Under the pieces are notes generated by a model. It was not told the DNA's origin, did not search any database, and saw nothing but the letters and a program-made list of their open reading frames with translations. A program made the position numbers and the translations under genes. A DNA stretch of 64,000 bases from Eubacteriales bacterium (GTDB lineage: Bacteria > Bacillota > Clostridia > Oscillospirales > CAG-382), in contig JAZSHQ010000055.1 of NCBI GenBank assembly GCA_045533335.1, positions 1,713 through 65,712 on the forward strand, written 5' to 3'. Positions 26,469-35,920 of the stretch are shown one piece after another. Numbering within the stretch: position 1 is the stretch's first letter; every line of letters starts with the position of its first letter.

Positions 26469-28022
26469 ATGGGACTTAAAAATTTGAACGGCAGAAAAGT
26501 AAGAGAATTGCTTGTCTACCCCGACTATACAGACAGAGAGCTGACCGGCAAGCTTACCGGCGGTAACTATTCCGAAGGCTTGGCTTCGATTTCGGCGGTA
26601 ATGAAGCAGGGCGGCCACGACGTTAAATTAATGCACCTGCTTTATCTTCACAGCGAGCAGGAATTCAAGGAAAAATTAAAGGCATTGGGCGAATTCGATA
26701 TTATCGGTTTTTCGATACGCACCACCGCTTTCCCCGACAGTCAGCTTTATATAAAATGGGCGAAAGAGGTTATGCCCGAAGCATTTATTACCGCGGGCAG
26801 CTACCACTGCACCCTTGCGCCCGATGAGGTAATGTCGCTTTCGGGCGTTGACGCGCTTACTATCGGCGACGGCGAATACCAGGCGCTCGAGCTTGCCGAT
26901 AAAATGAGCGCGGGCGAGGATTATACCAACATCCTCTCGATGTGGTTCAGAATGGAGGACGGAAGCATTAAGAAAAACCCCGTTGCTCCCCTTTTCGAGG
27001 ACCTCGACCGACTTCCTATTCCCGATTTCGAGCTGTTCGATTACGACAATCTCGACAGCGTAAAGGTCGGCACGGCAATAGTTATGATGAGCCGCGGCTG
27101 CCGTTACAACTGCACCTACTGCGGCAACTCGCAGTTCAGAAACGTTTACCCCAACAAAAAAATATATTCGCGCTTCCGCTCGCCCGAAAACGGTATTCTT
27201 TATCTTAAAACCCTGCTCTCGAAGCACCCGCAGATAAAGGTTATAAACTTCCGCGACGCGATATTCAATATGATGCCCGATTGGACCGACAAATTCTTGG
27301 AGCTTTACACCAAGGAAATTCACCTTCCCTTCACGGGTAACATCCGTTTCGATATTCTTACCGAGGATTCGGTGCGCAAGATGAAGGAAGCGGGCTGTTA
27401 CACTATCGATATGGGCTTGGAAAGCGGCGATCAGGAAATGCGCTTTAAGTATCTTAAACGCTATATGACCGACGAAATGATCATCAACTGCAGTAAGTGG
27501 TTCCATAAATACGGTATCGCACAGCTTACCTACAACATAATCGGTCTTCCTTACGAGGATAAGCACCGCGCACTTAAAACCATTAAGCTTAACGCAAAGG
27601 CGGGCGCGGACAGAGTTATTCCCAACATTTTTTACCCCTACCCCGGAACAAAGCTTTACGATATTGCAAAAGAGGGCGGTTTTATTCCCGAAGGCGGCGT
27701 TTCGCCCGATGCGCGCGTTCCGCTCGTTCAGCCGCAATTCCCCGAGCACGAGGTTTTGTATCTTCAGGCATATTTCGCGCATTTCGTGCGCAGATATAAA
27801 TGGGCGTACGCTATGCCCGAATGGCTCGGCAAGCCTTATGAAAAGTGGCTTGACCACCGCGCAACGGGTAAGCACGTTCCCTATAAATTCCTCGTTTGGA
27901 TCCACGACGGATATTCGAAGGTGCGCAACGGGTTAAAGAATATTCTTATCGACCACCTTCCCAAGGTTTATATGAAGCTTCGCGTTTGGAAGCACAAGAA
28001 AAAGGCGAAAAAAGTAGACTGA
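26469..28022 (+). CDS. B12-binding-domain radical SAM protein
   Basis: 517 aa with an N-terminal cobalamin-binding-like domain and the radical SAM cluster motif SRGCRYNCTYCG (CxxxCxxC). Confidence 0.85.
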   Translation: MGLKNLNGRKVRELLVYPDYTDRELTGKLTGGNYSEGLASISAVMKQGGHDVKLMHLLYLHSEQEFKEKLKALGEFDIIGFSIRTTAFPDSQLYIKWAKEVMPEAFITAGSYHCTLAPDEVMSLSGVDALTIGDGEYQALELADKMSAGEDYTNILSMWFRMEDGSIKKNPVAPLFEDLDRLPIPDFELFDYDNLDSVKVGTAIVMMSRGCRYNCTYCGNSQFRNVYPNKKIYSRFRSPENGILYLKTLLSKHPQIKVINFRDAIFNMMPDWTDKFLELYTKEIHLPFTGNIRFDILTEDSVRKMKEAGCYTIDMGLESGDQEMRFKYLKRYMTDEMIINCSKWFHKYGIAQLTYNIIGLPYEDKHRALKTIKLNAKAGADRVIPNIFYPYPGTKLYDIAKEGGFIPEGGVSPDARVPLVQPQFPEHEVLYLQAYFAHFVRRYKWAYAMPEWLGKPYEKWLDHRATGKHVPYKFLVWIHDGYSKVRNGLKNILIDHLPKVYMKLRVWKHKKKAKKVD

Positions 28023-28023
28023 T

Positions 28024-28854
28024 ATGGCAGGAACACTTTATATCGTACCCACCCCGATAGGAAATATGGGGGATATGACACTCCGCGCGAAGGAAACGCT
28101 TGAAAACGCAGATTTTGTTGCCGCGGAGGATACGCGCGTAGGCGGTAAGCTTTTAATGCTTTTGGGCACTAAAAAGCCCTTGGTCGCTTACCACGAGCAT
28201 ACCTCGCGCAGAGATACCGAAGCGATCATCGAACGCATACAAAGCGGCGAAAGCTGTGCGCTTATAACCGATGCGGGCACTCCTGCCGTTTCCGACCCCG
28301 GCGAAAGATTGGTGCTTGCCTGCTCGCAGGCGGGGATTGACGTTTGCGCGCTTCCCGGTGCCTGCGCGGCGATAGTTGCAATATCGGCTTCGGGTTTACC
28401 CTCTCGCAGGTTCTGCTTCGAAGGCTTTCTTCCCGAAAACAACCGCGAAAGAAGAGAACGCATAAGCGAGCTCACGCGTGAAAAGCGCACCTTTATACTT
28501 TATATTTCCCCGCACGATGCCGAAAGCTATTTAAACGAGCTTGCAAACGCCTTTAACGACCGCAAATGCGTGCTTTGCAAGGAATTAACGAAGCTTCACG
28601 AGCGATATTTCCGCGGAACGGTAAGCGAGCTTGCCGAAGGCTTTAAATCGCTTATGCCCGCCGAAAAAAAGGGCGAATACGTAATGGTTATCGAAGGAAT
28701 GCCCGAGGAAGAGGCTTTCTGGTCGGAAATGAGCATCGAGGAGCACGTAACGCATTATATTTCGCTCGGGCTTTCGAAAATGGACGCCTGCAAAGCCGTC
28801 TCGCGCGACCGCGGTGTAGGCAAGGGTGAAATATATAAAATAATCAACAAATAA
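28024..28854 (+). CDS. rsmI: 16S rRNA (cytidine1402-2'-O)-methyltransferase
   Basis: 276 aa. GTLYIVPTPIGNMGDMTLRA, AEDTR, TDAGTPAVSDPG and FEGFLP are RsmI hallmarks. Confidence 0.9.
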   Translation: MAGTLYIVPTPIGNMGDMTLRAKETLENADFVAAEDTRVGGKLLMLLGTKKPLVAYHEHTSRRDTEAIIERIQSGESCALITDAGTPAVSDPGERLVLACSQAGIDVCALPGACAAIVAISASGLPSRRFCFEGFLPENNRERRERISELTREKRTFILYISPHDAESYLNELANAFNDRKCVLCKELTKLHERYFRGTVSELAEGFKSLMPAEKKGEYVMVIEGMPEEEAFWSEMSIEEHVTHYISLGLSKMDACKAVSRDRGVGKGEIYKIINK

Positions 28855-28880
28855 CGAGAAAGGACTTACAAAGGCTTACT

Positions 28881-30296
28881 ATGAAATCGTTCGGATTAAA
28901 AACGGTAATATTTTTGCTTATACTCTGCCTTGCCGTTCCGACGGTCAAAATAAAAGCCGAAGCAGACGCGGTAAGTCTTTTCCTTTCCTGCGAGGGCGAC
29001 GCCTATTCGGGCGGCGAGGTGAAGATAAAAATAACGCTTTCGAAGCCTGCCGTTGCGCTTGCGGGGCTTGAATTTATACTTAACTACAACAGCGAATACG
29101 TTACCCCGATTATAACAAAAAACACCGAAGACGGCAGAGAAATGGACGCGCTTGTTTCGAAAATGCCCGAAGGGTGGGAGCAGATGAGCTTTCATTCGGC
29201 AAGCGGATATTACCATTTCCGCTTTGCACTTCCCGACAGCGGAAACAGCTATTTGGACGCAGCGGGCGAGCTTACCTTAGAAATTCCCTTTACCGTAAAA
29301 AAGGCGGGAAGCTTTGCCTTTACGGTAAACGATGCCGACGTTATTGCAATCGCCGCAGACGAAGGCTATACCCCGATGTCGGGCAAAGGCGGCAATCTTA
29401 CCGTTTTCGCCGACAGCGAAGCCCAAAAGCTTGCTGTTTCGCTTAACGGAAACGAAAGAGCGAACGAAAACGGAAGCTATAACTTAAAAATAAAGGTAAC
29501 CAACCTTGGTGACACCGCGGGTATAATCGCGCTTCAGTTCGCGCTGAAATACGACAAAACGGTGTTTGCCCCCAATATGACCGAAAACAACAACGCACAA
29601 ATGGATATATTTATGACAGATATGCCGCAGAATAGCTGGGAGCAGATGTGTACGCTTGATGAAGCCGAAGGGGTTTATACCCTGCGCTTTGCGGCGGTAA
29701 CGGCAGAATCGGTAACAAAATCCGAACGGCTGCATTCGGGAAGTTCGTTAACGGTTACAGTTCCCTTTAAAATTATCGCAAGCGAAGGCAATATAGGTAA
29801 TTTTTCGGTAGGCGGCGAAAGCGTGCTTGCGCTTAATAACCTAAACCAAATCGTTTCGGGCAGCGGAAGCAATATTTCGGTTTCGGTAGAAAAGGGCGGA
29901 ATGGGAATTATCCCCGACGGGCTTGGATATATTGTCAAAAACGGCTTTTTGTGCTTCGTTGCCGAAAAGACCTCGGTTTCGGATTTTCTTGCGCCGCTTG
30001 GCGGCTTTACTCTTACCGATAAAGAAGAAAACGAAATAACCGAAGGCGATGTCTGCACGGGCTATATACTTACCGACGGAACAAATTCATATACCGTTGC
30101 GGTGCTCGGCGATATTAACGGCACGGGTACTGTCGATACCTACGATTACATTCTTGCAAAGCGCATTTATTTCGAAACCTATTCGCCCGATGCGCTTCAA
30201 AGCCTCACGAGCGACGTGAACGAGGACAAAACCGTCGACCAATACGATTACATTCTTATAAAACGCCATTATTTCGGCACTTACGTGATTGCTTGA
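28881..30296 (+). CDS. Secreted protein with two cohesin-like modules and a C-terminal dockerin
   Basis: It has a signal peptide. The cohesin-like segments are GGEVKIKITLSKPAVALAGLEFILNYNSEYVTP and YNLKIKVTNLGDTAGIIALQFALKYDKTVFAP. The dockerin duplicated Ca-binding loops are GDINGTGTVDTYDY and SDVNEDKTVDQYDY. Confidence 0.8.
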   Translation: MKSFGLKTVIFLLILCLAVPTVKIKAEADAVSLFLSCEGDAYSGGEVKIKITLSKPAVALAGLEFILNYNSEYVTPIITKNTEDGREMDALVSKMPEGWEQMSFHSASGYYHFRFALPDSGNSYLDAAGELTLEIPFTVKKAGSFAFTVNDADVIAIAADEGYTPMSGKGGNLTVFADSEAQKLAVSLNGNERANENGSYNLKIKVTNLGDTAGIIALQFALKYDKTVFAPNMTENNNAQMDIFMTDMPQNSWEQMCTLDEAEGVYTLRFAAVTAESVTKSERLHSGSSLTVTVPFKIIASEGNIGNFSVGGESVLALNNLNQIVSGSGSNISVSVEKGGMGIIPDGLGYIVKNGFLCFVAEKTSVSDFLAPLGGFTLTDKEENEITEGDVCTGYILTDGTNSYTVAVLGDINGTGTVDTYDYILAKRIYFETYSPDALQSLTSDVNEDKTVDQYDYILIKRHYFGTYVIA

Positions 30297-30298
30297 TA

Positions 30299-30738
30299 TG
30301 AAAAGATTTTTAATTGTTTTAATCGCACTTGCCCTTTTGCTTCCGCTTGCCTCCTGCACCGAAAGCTACGAAGCCGCCGACGAATACGCAAACAAATTTA
30401 TAACCGCTCTGCTTATCCGCGACGAGGCGGAAATGAAAAAATATCTTCACCCCGACCATACCGAAACGGCTATGCCCGACGATGCGTTTTACCAAACGCT
30501 CGAAAATCAATATCTTACCGTAGGGCATCCGCTTACCAATTTAAGCGGCGTAGGAAAAGCAAAGATAAAGGATATGGACGGCGCTCTGCGTTGCAGCTAT
30601 ATCGCACGTGTTAACGAGCTTTTTTACACGGTGGAGCTTATTATTCTGGATAACGAAAACGGCTACGGCATAGTATCTGTCGCTATGGTGCTGAACACCG
30701 AGCTTGATTATTACTATCACGAATCGCAGGTTAATTAA
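30299..30738 (+). CDS. Small lipoprotein, unknown function
   Basis: The start is set at ATG 30299 (MKRFLIVLIALALLLPLASC lipobox), giving 146 aa. Confidence 0.7.
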
Positions 30739-31608
30739 ATGAACAAAAACCTTTCGCGCACTTTAAAAAACTATTCGCTAATAACCTTGGGTTGCATACT
30801 TTACGCCGCGGGCGTTTCGCTGTTCCTCGGCCCGAACGAGCTTGCCTCTGGCGGGGTTTCGGGTATTGCGATAATTATAAACAGCGTTTTCGACGTTCTG
30901 CCCACGGGTACTTGGGTAATAATTTTTAATATTCCCATAATGATTGCAGGGGTGTGGAAGCTGGGTGCAAAAATTTTGCTCCCCACCTTTTACGCGCTCG
31001 CAGTCAGCTCGGGCGTGATGACCCTGCTCGAGCTTTTCCTGCCCCCGCTTACCGAAAGCGTATTGCTCGCCTGTGTCGGCGGCGCGGTACTGGTTGCGGC
31101 GGGTATCGGTCTTGTGTTCCGCGGCGGCGCAACAACGGCGGGCACCGATATTATCGTTAAGCTTCTGCGCCTTAAATTCCCGCATATTTCCACGGGCGCG
31201 ATATTCCTTTTTACCGACGGACTTATCTGTCTTACGTCGGGTATCGTTTTCGGCGAGGTGGACAAGGCGCTCTACGCGGGTATTGCGGTGTTTTTGCAAA
31301 TGAACGTGCTTAATACCGTGCTTTACGGCTCGGACGAGGCGCGAATGGTTTATATTATAAGCGACCGCGATTCCGAAATAGCCGAAAGGCTTTTAAAAGA
31401 GGTAGACGCAGGCGCGACCTTTTTGCACGGCAACGGCGCATACACGGGCAAGGAGCGCAAGGTGCTTATGTGCGCGCTCAGAATGCGCTCTGTTCCCCAA
31501 GCGCGCGAGATTATAAGGCAGGTCGACAGCGACGCATTCGTTATCGTCACCAAGGCGACGAACGTTTTCGGTGAAGGCTTTAAAAGCCACGTCGAGGAAG
31601 ACCTATGA
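30739..31608 (+). CDS. YitT-family membrane protein (with a DUF2179 C-terminal domain)
   Basis: 289 aa. The N-terminus YSLITLGCILYAAGVSLFLGPNELASGGVSGIA is typical of YitT, and there is a soluble C-terminal domain. Confidence 0.85.
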   Translation: MNKNLSRTLKNYSLITLGCILYAAGVSLFLGPNELASGGVSGIAIIINSVFDVLPTGTWVIIFNIPIMIAGVWKLGAKILLPTFYALAVSSGVMTLLELFLPPLTESVLLACVGGAVLVAAGIGLVFRGGATTAGTDIIVKLLRLKFPHISTGAIFLFTDGLICLTSGIVFGEVDKALYAGIAVFLQMNVLNTVLYGSDEARMVYIISDRDSEIAERLLKEVDAGATFLHGNGAYTGKERKVLMCALRMRSVPQAREIIRQVDSDAFVIVTKATNVFGEGFKSHVEEDL

Positions 31609-32672
31609 TTGCCGAGATCCTTTCCCCGCTGCCTTCGGTGTGTGAAACCCTGCTTGCCGAAGCACGCCCGATTTTTCTTTACGGAATGGGCAACGGCGCA
31701 GAAAAAATCCATTCTTATCTTTGCGAAAACGGCGTTGAAATACGCGGCGTTGTCGCATCCGACGGATTTGTGCGCGGGCAGGAATTTTTGGGCTTTGAGG
31801 TTACCGCAATTTCGGAAGCCGAAGCGAAGCACGGCTCGCTTTGCTTGGTGCTATGCTTTGGGTTAGAGGGCGAAAAGGCGCACTTTTTAAGAGAAATTTC
31901 GAAAAAACACCGAATAATATCCCCAAACCTCCCCGTTTTCGGCGAGGGCGTGTGCGACAAGGCGCATATTTTTGCCAACCTCGAACGGTTTGAACGGGTT
32001 TACGAAATACTTGCGGATGAGCAATCGAAGGAAATATTTTTAAGCCTGCTTAAATATAATGTAAGCGGAGATATTTCGTATCTCGAGGGCAACAACGGTC
32101 TTACCCCGCCGAAGGGCTTTTATACACACAAAAAACGCCATATCGATATCGGCGCTTACGACGGCGACACGGTAAACGAATTTATCGGCTACAACCGCGA
32201 ATACAGCGATATTATCGCGTTTGAGCCCGACAAAAACACCCACAAAAAGCTTTTAAAAAACACGTCGTTTATACGCGATTGCAAATGCATTAACGCCGCG
32301 GCGGGGCAAAAAAACGGTCGTTTGGGCTTTTCCTCGGGCGGGGGACGCGCCTCGCATTGCGGCGTGGGCGAGGATATAGATTGCTATTCGGTAGACGAAT
32401 ACTGCGGATACACGCATATCGCGGCAAACGGAACGCCGGTGGGCAGTATTAAGATAGACGCAGAGGGTATGGACGAAGCGGTTATATGCGGCGCGGTAAA
32501 CACGATATACTGCTGTAAGCCGAATATTTGCGTTGCGCTTTACCACCGCGCTTACGATATTACCGAAATCCCCTTGCTTTTGCGTATGCACAACCACAGA
32601 TATAAATTTTACTTGCGAAAAAAGGAATATGTTCCCGCTTGGGACTTCTTTCTATATGTTACGGAGGGTTAA
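31605..32672 (+). CDS. FkbM-family methyltransferase
   Basis: The motifs HIDIGAYDGDTVNEF, IIAFEPDKNTHKKL and IKIDAEGMDEAV are present. It overlaps the yitT-like stop by 4 nt. Confidence 0.85.
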   Translation: MIAEILSPLPSVCETLLAEARPIFLYGMGNGAEKIHSYLCENGVEIRGVVASDGFVRGQEFLGFEVTAISEAEAKHGSLCLVLCFGLEGEKAHFLREISKKHRIISPNLPVFGEGVCDKAHIFANLERFERVYEILADEQSKEIFLSLLKYNVSGDISYLEGNNGLTPPKGFYTHKKRHIDIGAYDGDTVNEFIGYNREYSDIIAFEPDKNTHKKLLKNTSFIRDCKCINAAAGQKNGRLGFSSGGGRASHCGVGEDIDCYSVDEYCGYTHIAANGTPVGSIKIDAEGMDEAVICGAVNTIYCCKPNICVALYHRAYDITEIPLLLRMHNHRYKFYLRKKEYVPAWDFFLYVTEG

Positions 32673-32674
32673 TA

Positions 32675-33178
32675 ATGGCTTTTAAGGAAATAAAAGCAGA
32701 AGAGCTTAACAACTGCGTTTTTACCGACATAGGCAAAAAATGGATGCTTATCAGCGCGCAAAAGAACGACGGAAGCATTAATACGATGACAGCAAGCTGG
32801 GGCGCGATGGGCGTGCTTTGGAACAAAAACGTATTTTTCTGTTTTGTAAGACCGCAGCGCTACACCCACGAATTCACCGAGGAAAGCGATAAAATCTCTA
32901 TCTCCTTCTTCGGCGAGGAATACCGCGAAGCTTTAACGTTTTGCGGCAGAAAAAGCGGCAGAGATTGCGATAAGATCGCGCTTGCAAAGCTTACCCCGTT
33001 TTCGGAAAACGGCAACGTAGGCTTTGAGGAGGCGGAACGCATTATTTACGGCAAAAAGATATACGCAGGCAAATTAGACCCCAAGGCGTTCATATCCGAA
33101 GATATCGAAAAGCATTATAACGGCGATTACCACACCGTTTATATCTGTGAAATAGAAAAGATCGAGGAAAAGGAATAA
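32675..33178 (+). CDS. Flavin reductase family protein (flavoredoxin-like)
   Basis: The start is ATG 32675 after a GGAGGG SD. INTMTASWGAMGVLWNKNVFFCFVRPQRYT is typical of this family. Confidence 0.8.
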   Translation: MAFKEIKAEELNNCVFTDIGKKWMLISAQKNDGSINTMTASWGAMGVLWNKNVFFCFVRPQRYTHEFTEESDKISISFFGEEYREALTFCGRKSGRDCDKIALAKLTPFSENGNVGFEEAERIIYGKKIYAGKLDPKAFISEDIEKHYNGDYHTVYICEIEKIEEKE

Positions 33179-33183
33179 AAGCT

Positions 33184-34467
33184 ATGCAGGCAAGCCAATT
33201 CATAAAAGCCGTAACCGACGGCAGATACGATAACAGCATTAAATCGCTTTATCCCAACAAGGATATTTCCGACAGAAAAGGGCGCATTCTTAAGCTCGCG
33301 AACGATTTTGTCGAGCTTTACGGCGACCTCGATATCGCGCTTTTCTCTGTCCCCGGCAGGACCGAGCTTTCGGGCAACCACACCGACCACAACAACGGCA
33401 GAGTGCTCGCGGCTTCGGTCGATATCGACATAATCGCTATCGCCGCAAAGGTCGAAGGCGATACGGTAAAAATCAAATCGGTCGGCTACCGCGAAGATGC
33501 GGTGGACATCTCCTCGCCCTCGCCCGATAACGTGCGCAGGGGCAGTTCTTCGGCTATAATTGCGGGAATCGCCGATTATTTCAATAAGCATAATTACAAA
33601 AGCGGCGGATTTTACGCCTATACCACAAGCGACGTTATGACAGGCTCGGGACTTTCCTCCTCTGCCGCGTTCGAGGTTATGTGTGCGCGTATATTCTCGG
33701 AATTCTACAACGAGGGCAGAGTTTCGGCTATGGAGCTTGCAAAGGCGGGCAAATATGCCGAAAACGAATATTTCGGCAAACCCTGCGGACTTATGGATCA
33801 GGCGGCGTGCGCTTCGGGCGGGTGCCTTTGGATGGATTTTGAAAACAACCTCGACCCCAAGACCGAAAAGATAGATTTCGACCTTAACAAATACGGATAC
33901 AGCCTTTGCATAGTAAACACGGGCGGCAACCACGCCGACCTTACCGACGATTACGCGTCTGTTCCCGCCGAAATGAAATCGGTTGCCGCGCTTATGGGCA
34001 AAAGCCTGCTTCGCTCCTGCGATGAAGAGGATTTTATGTGCCGCATTTCCTATATGCGCTCGATAGTAGGCGACAGAGCGATAATGCGCGCGATGCATTA
34101 TTTTGCCGAAAACAAGCGCGTCGACGCGCAAAAATCGGCACTTTCGCGCGGGGACTTCGACGAATATCTGAAATACGTAAAGCTTTCGGGCGATTCCTCG
34201 TTTAAATTCCTGCAAAACGTTTATACCAACAAAAACGTGGACGAGCAGGGTATTTCGCTCGCGCTGGCGATAACCGAACGCTTCGGTGCGACCTGCCGTG
34301 TGCACGGCGGAGGCTTTGCGGGTACGGTGCAGGCATACATAAAAACCGAAAAGGTTGCCGCATACAAAAAGGCTGTTGAATCGATCTTCGGCGAAAACAG
34401 CTGTCAGGTTTATACCATTCGCCCCTACGGTGCATCGGTAGTGACCGAAAACGAAATAAAGGGCTGA
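33184..34467 (+). CDS. Galactokinase-family GHMP kinase
   Basis: 427 aa with the galactokinase signature GRTELSGNHTDHNNGRVLAASV and the GHMP motif GSGLSSSAAFEV. Confidence 0.85.
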   Translation: MQASQFIKAVTDGRYDNSIKSLYPNKDISDRKGRILKLANDFVELYGDLDIALFSVPGRTELSGNHTDHNNGRVLAASVDIDIIAIAAKVEGDTVKIKSVGYREDAVDISSPSPDNVRRGSSSAIIAGIADYFNKHNYKSGGFYAYTTSDVMTGSGLSSSAAFEVMCARIFSEFYNEGRVSAMELAKAGKYAENEYFGKPCGLMDQAACASGGCLWMDFENNLDPKTEKIDFDLNKYGYSLCIVNTGGNHADLTDDYASVPAEMKSVAALMGKSLLRSCDEEDFMCRISYMRSIVGDRAIMRAMHYFAENKRVDAQKSALSRGDFDEYLKYVKLSGDSSFKFLQNVYTNKNVDEQGISLALAITERFGATCRVHGGGFAGTVQAYIKTEKVAAYKKAVESIFGENSCQVYTIRPYGASVVTENEIKG

Positions 34468-34476
34468 TATCCCGAT

Positions 34477-35274
34477 ATGGAAAAAGCAAAGGTCTATACC
34501 CTTTTTTCCTCTTCGAAGGGAAACTGCTGTTACATTAAATACGGCAACGACGAAATACTTATAGATTGCGGCGTTTCGGCAAGGTCTATCGAAAATTCGC
34601 TTAGACTTTTGGGCACGAGCCTTAAAAACATATCCGCAATTTTTATTACTCACGAGCACAGCGACCATATCTGCGGGCTTGGAACAATAACGAAATATTA
34701 CAATATTCCCATATATGCGCCCGAGGCGAGCTGCAACTGCATTTACGACCGTATGCCGCCCGAAAAGCCGCTTATCGCGCTGACTTCGGGAAAGGCGATA
34801 GAGCTAAAAAGCCTTGCGCTTTGCCCCGTTGCCACACCTCACGATGCGCGCGGAAGCGTTGGTTTCCGTATCCGCGCGGGCGAGGAAAAAATAGGCTATT
34901 TTACCGATATAGGCCATCTTTCCGAAAACGTGCTTCGCGGGCTTTCGGGTTGCGAGCGCGTGGTTATCGAATCGAATCACGACATAGAAATGCTTAAAAG
35001 CGGCTCCTACCCCTACCAATTAAAGCAACGCATTCTGGGCGAACGCGGTCACCTTTCGAACGAACTTTGCGCAAAGCTTCTGCCGCATCTTGTGCACCAC
35101 GGAACGCGTTCGTTCGCGCTTGCACATTTAAGCGAGGAAAACAATCGCCCCGAAATCGCCTATAACGAAAGCCTTGTTTCGCTTCACGAAAACGGCTTTG
35201 ATGTAAACACCGAATCGGTTAACAGTTTAACGCTTAAAGTCGCACCGGTTTGCGGTATATGCGAACTTGAATAA
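34477..35274 (+). CDS. MBL-fold metallo-hydrolase
   Basis: 265 aa with the HxHxDH motif ITHEHSDHICG. Confidence 0.85.
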   Translation: MEKAKVYTLFSSSKGNCCYIKYGNDEILIDCGVSARSIENSLRLLGTSLKNISAIFITHEHSDHICGLGTITKYYNIPIYAPEASCNCIYDRMPPEKPLIALTSGKAIELKSLALCPVATPHDARGSVGFRIRAGEEKIGYFTDIGHLSENVLRGLSGCERVVIESNHDIEMLKSGSYPYQLKQRILGERGHLSNELCAKLLPHLVHHGTRSFALAHLSEENNRPEIAYNESLVSLHENGFDVNTESVNSLTLKVAPVCGICELE

Positions 35275-35311
35275 AAAATCTCCCGTCGGAAAAATTCCCG
35301 ACGGGATTTTT
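35273..35311. terminator. Bidirectional rho-independent terminator
   Basis: The sequence is AAAAAATC-TCCCGTCGG-aaaaatt-CCGACGGGA-TTTTT, between convergent genes. Confidence 0.85.
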
Positions 35312-35312
35312 A

Positions 35313-35861
35313 TCAGTTGTCGTCTTTCTTTCTGTCCAAGCGATACATCGCGGTGATTATCGAAATAAGCGCGAGAATTTCGCAAACTATGCCGCCTATC
35401 GCAAAGTTGAAAATATTATAAATCAACCAAGAGGGCGAGCTTACCAGCCCCGCTCTGCGTACCGAGCGCGCTTCTTTTAAATAAAAGCCGATGCCCGTTG
35501 CAAACATACCGATTATCGGAAGGAATTCGATAATAAGATTAAGCTTTGTCGGCTCTTTATCGAACACCAAGAAGGTAAGTGCATAAGAAACGAGATAAAG
35601 CACGCCGAAGCCCAAAACCCATATAAACCTATCGGCGCGGAATTTTTGCTTGTTCGAATAAATTACCGCGCGGATTGCTCCGACGGCGTTCAAAAACCCG
35701 CCGACTATCGCGCCGATCATAAACATATTCACGGTAAAAAGCGCCGCACCGAAGAACTGCATTACAATAATGCTTTTTTGCTTTTTCATCTGGTAGGAAA
35801 TTATGTTTAAAGCCATAGCGACTATACCTACCGCCTGCGCGATTAACTGATAAGTGTCCAT
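35313..35861 (-). CDS. YgjV-family inner membrane protein
   Basis: 182 aa and polytopic. The N-terminus IAQAVGIVAMALNIISYQMKKQKSII is typical of YgjV. Confidence 0.75.
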   Translation of the reverse strand: MDTYQLIAQAVGIVAMALNIISYQMKKQKSIIVMQFFGAALFTVNMFMIGAIVGGFLNAVGAIRAVIYSNKQKFRADRFIWVLGFGVLYLVSYALTFLVFDKEPTKLNLIIEFLPIIGMFATGIGFYLKEARSVRRAGLVSSPSWLIYNIFNFAIGGIVCEILALISIITAMYRLDRKKDDN

Positions 35862-35920
35862 AATTATATCCTTGTTGCTTTATTGAATTTTTTGTGTTAA
35901 AATAGAGCGAGGTGGTAAAA

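Noticed and set aside
26676-27905. 409-aa ORF on the minus strand
   Set aside because: It is antisense to the radical SAM gene, which carries a clear CxxxCxxC motif. It has no SD or motifs and shows shadow-ORF composition.
33139-34668. 509-aa ORF on the minus strand
   Set aside because: It is antisense to the galactokinase-family gene and spans two gene junctions. It has no recognisable domains.
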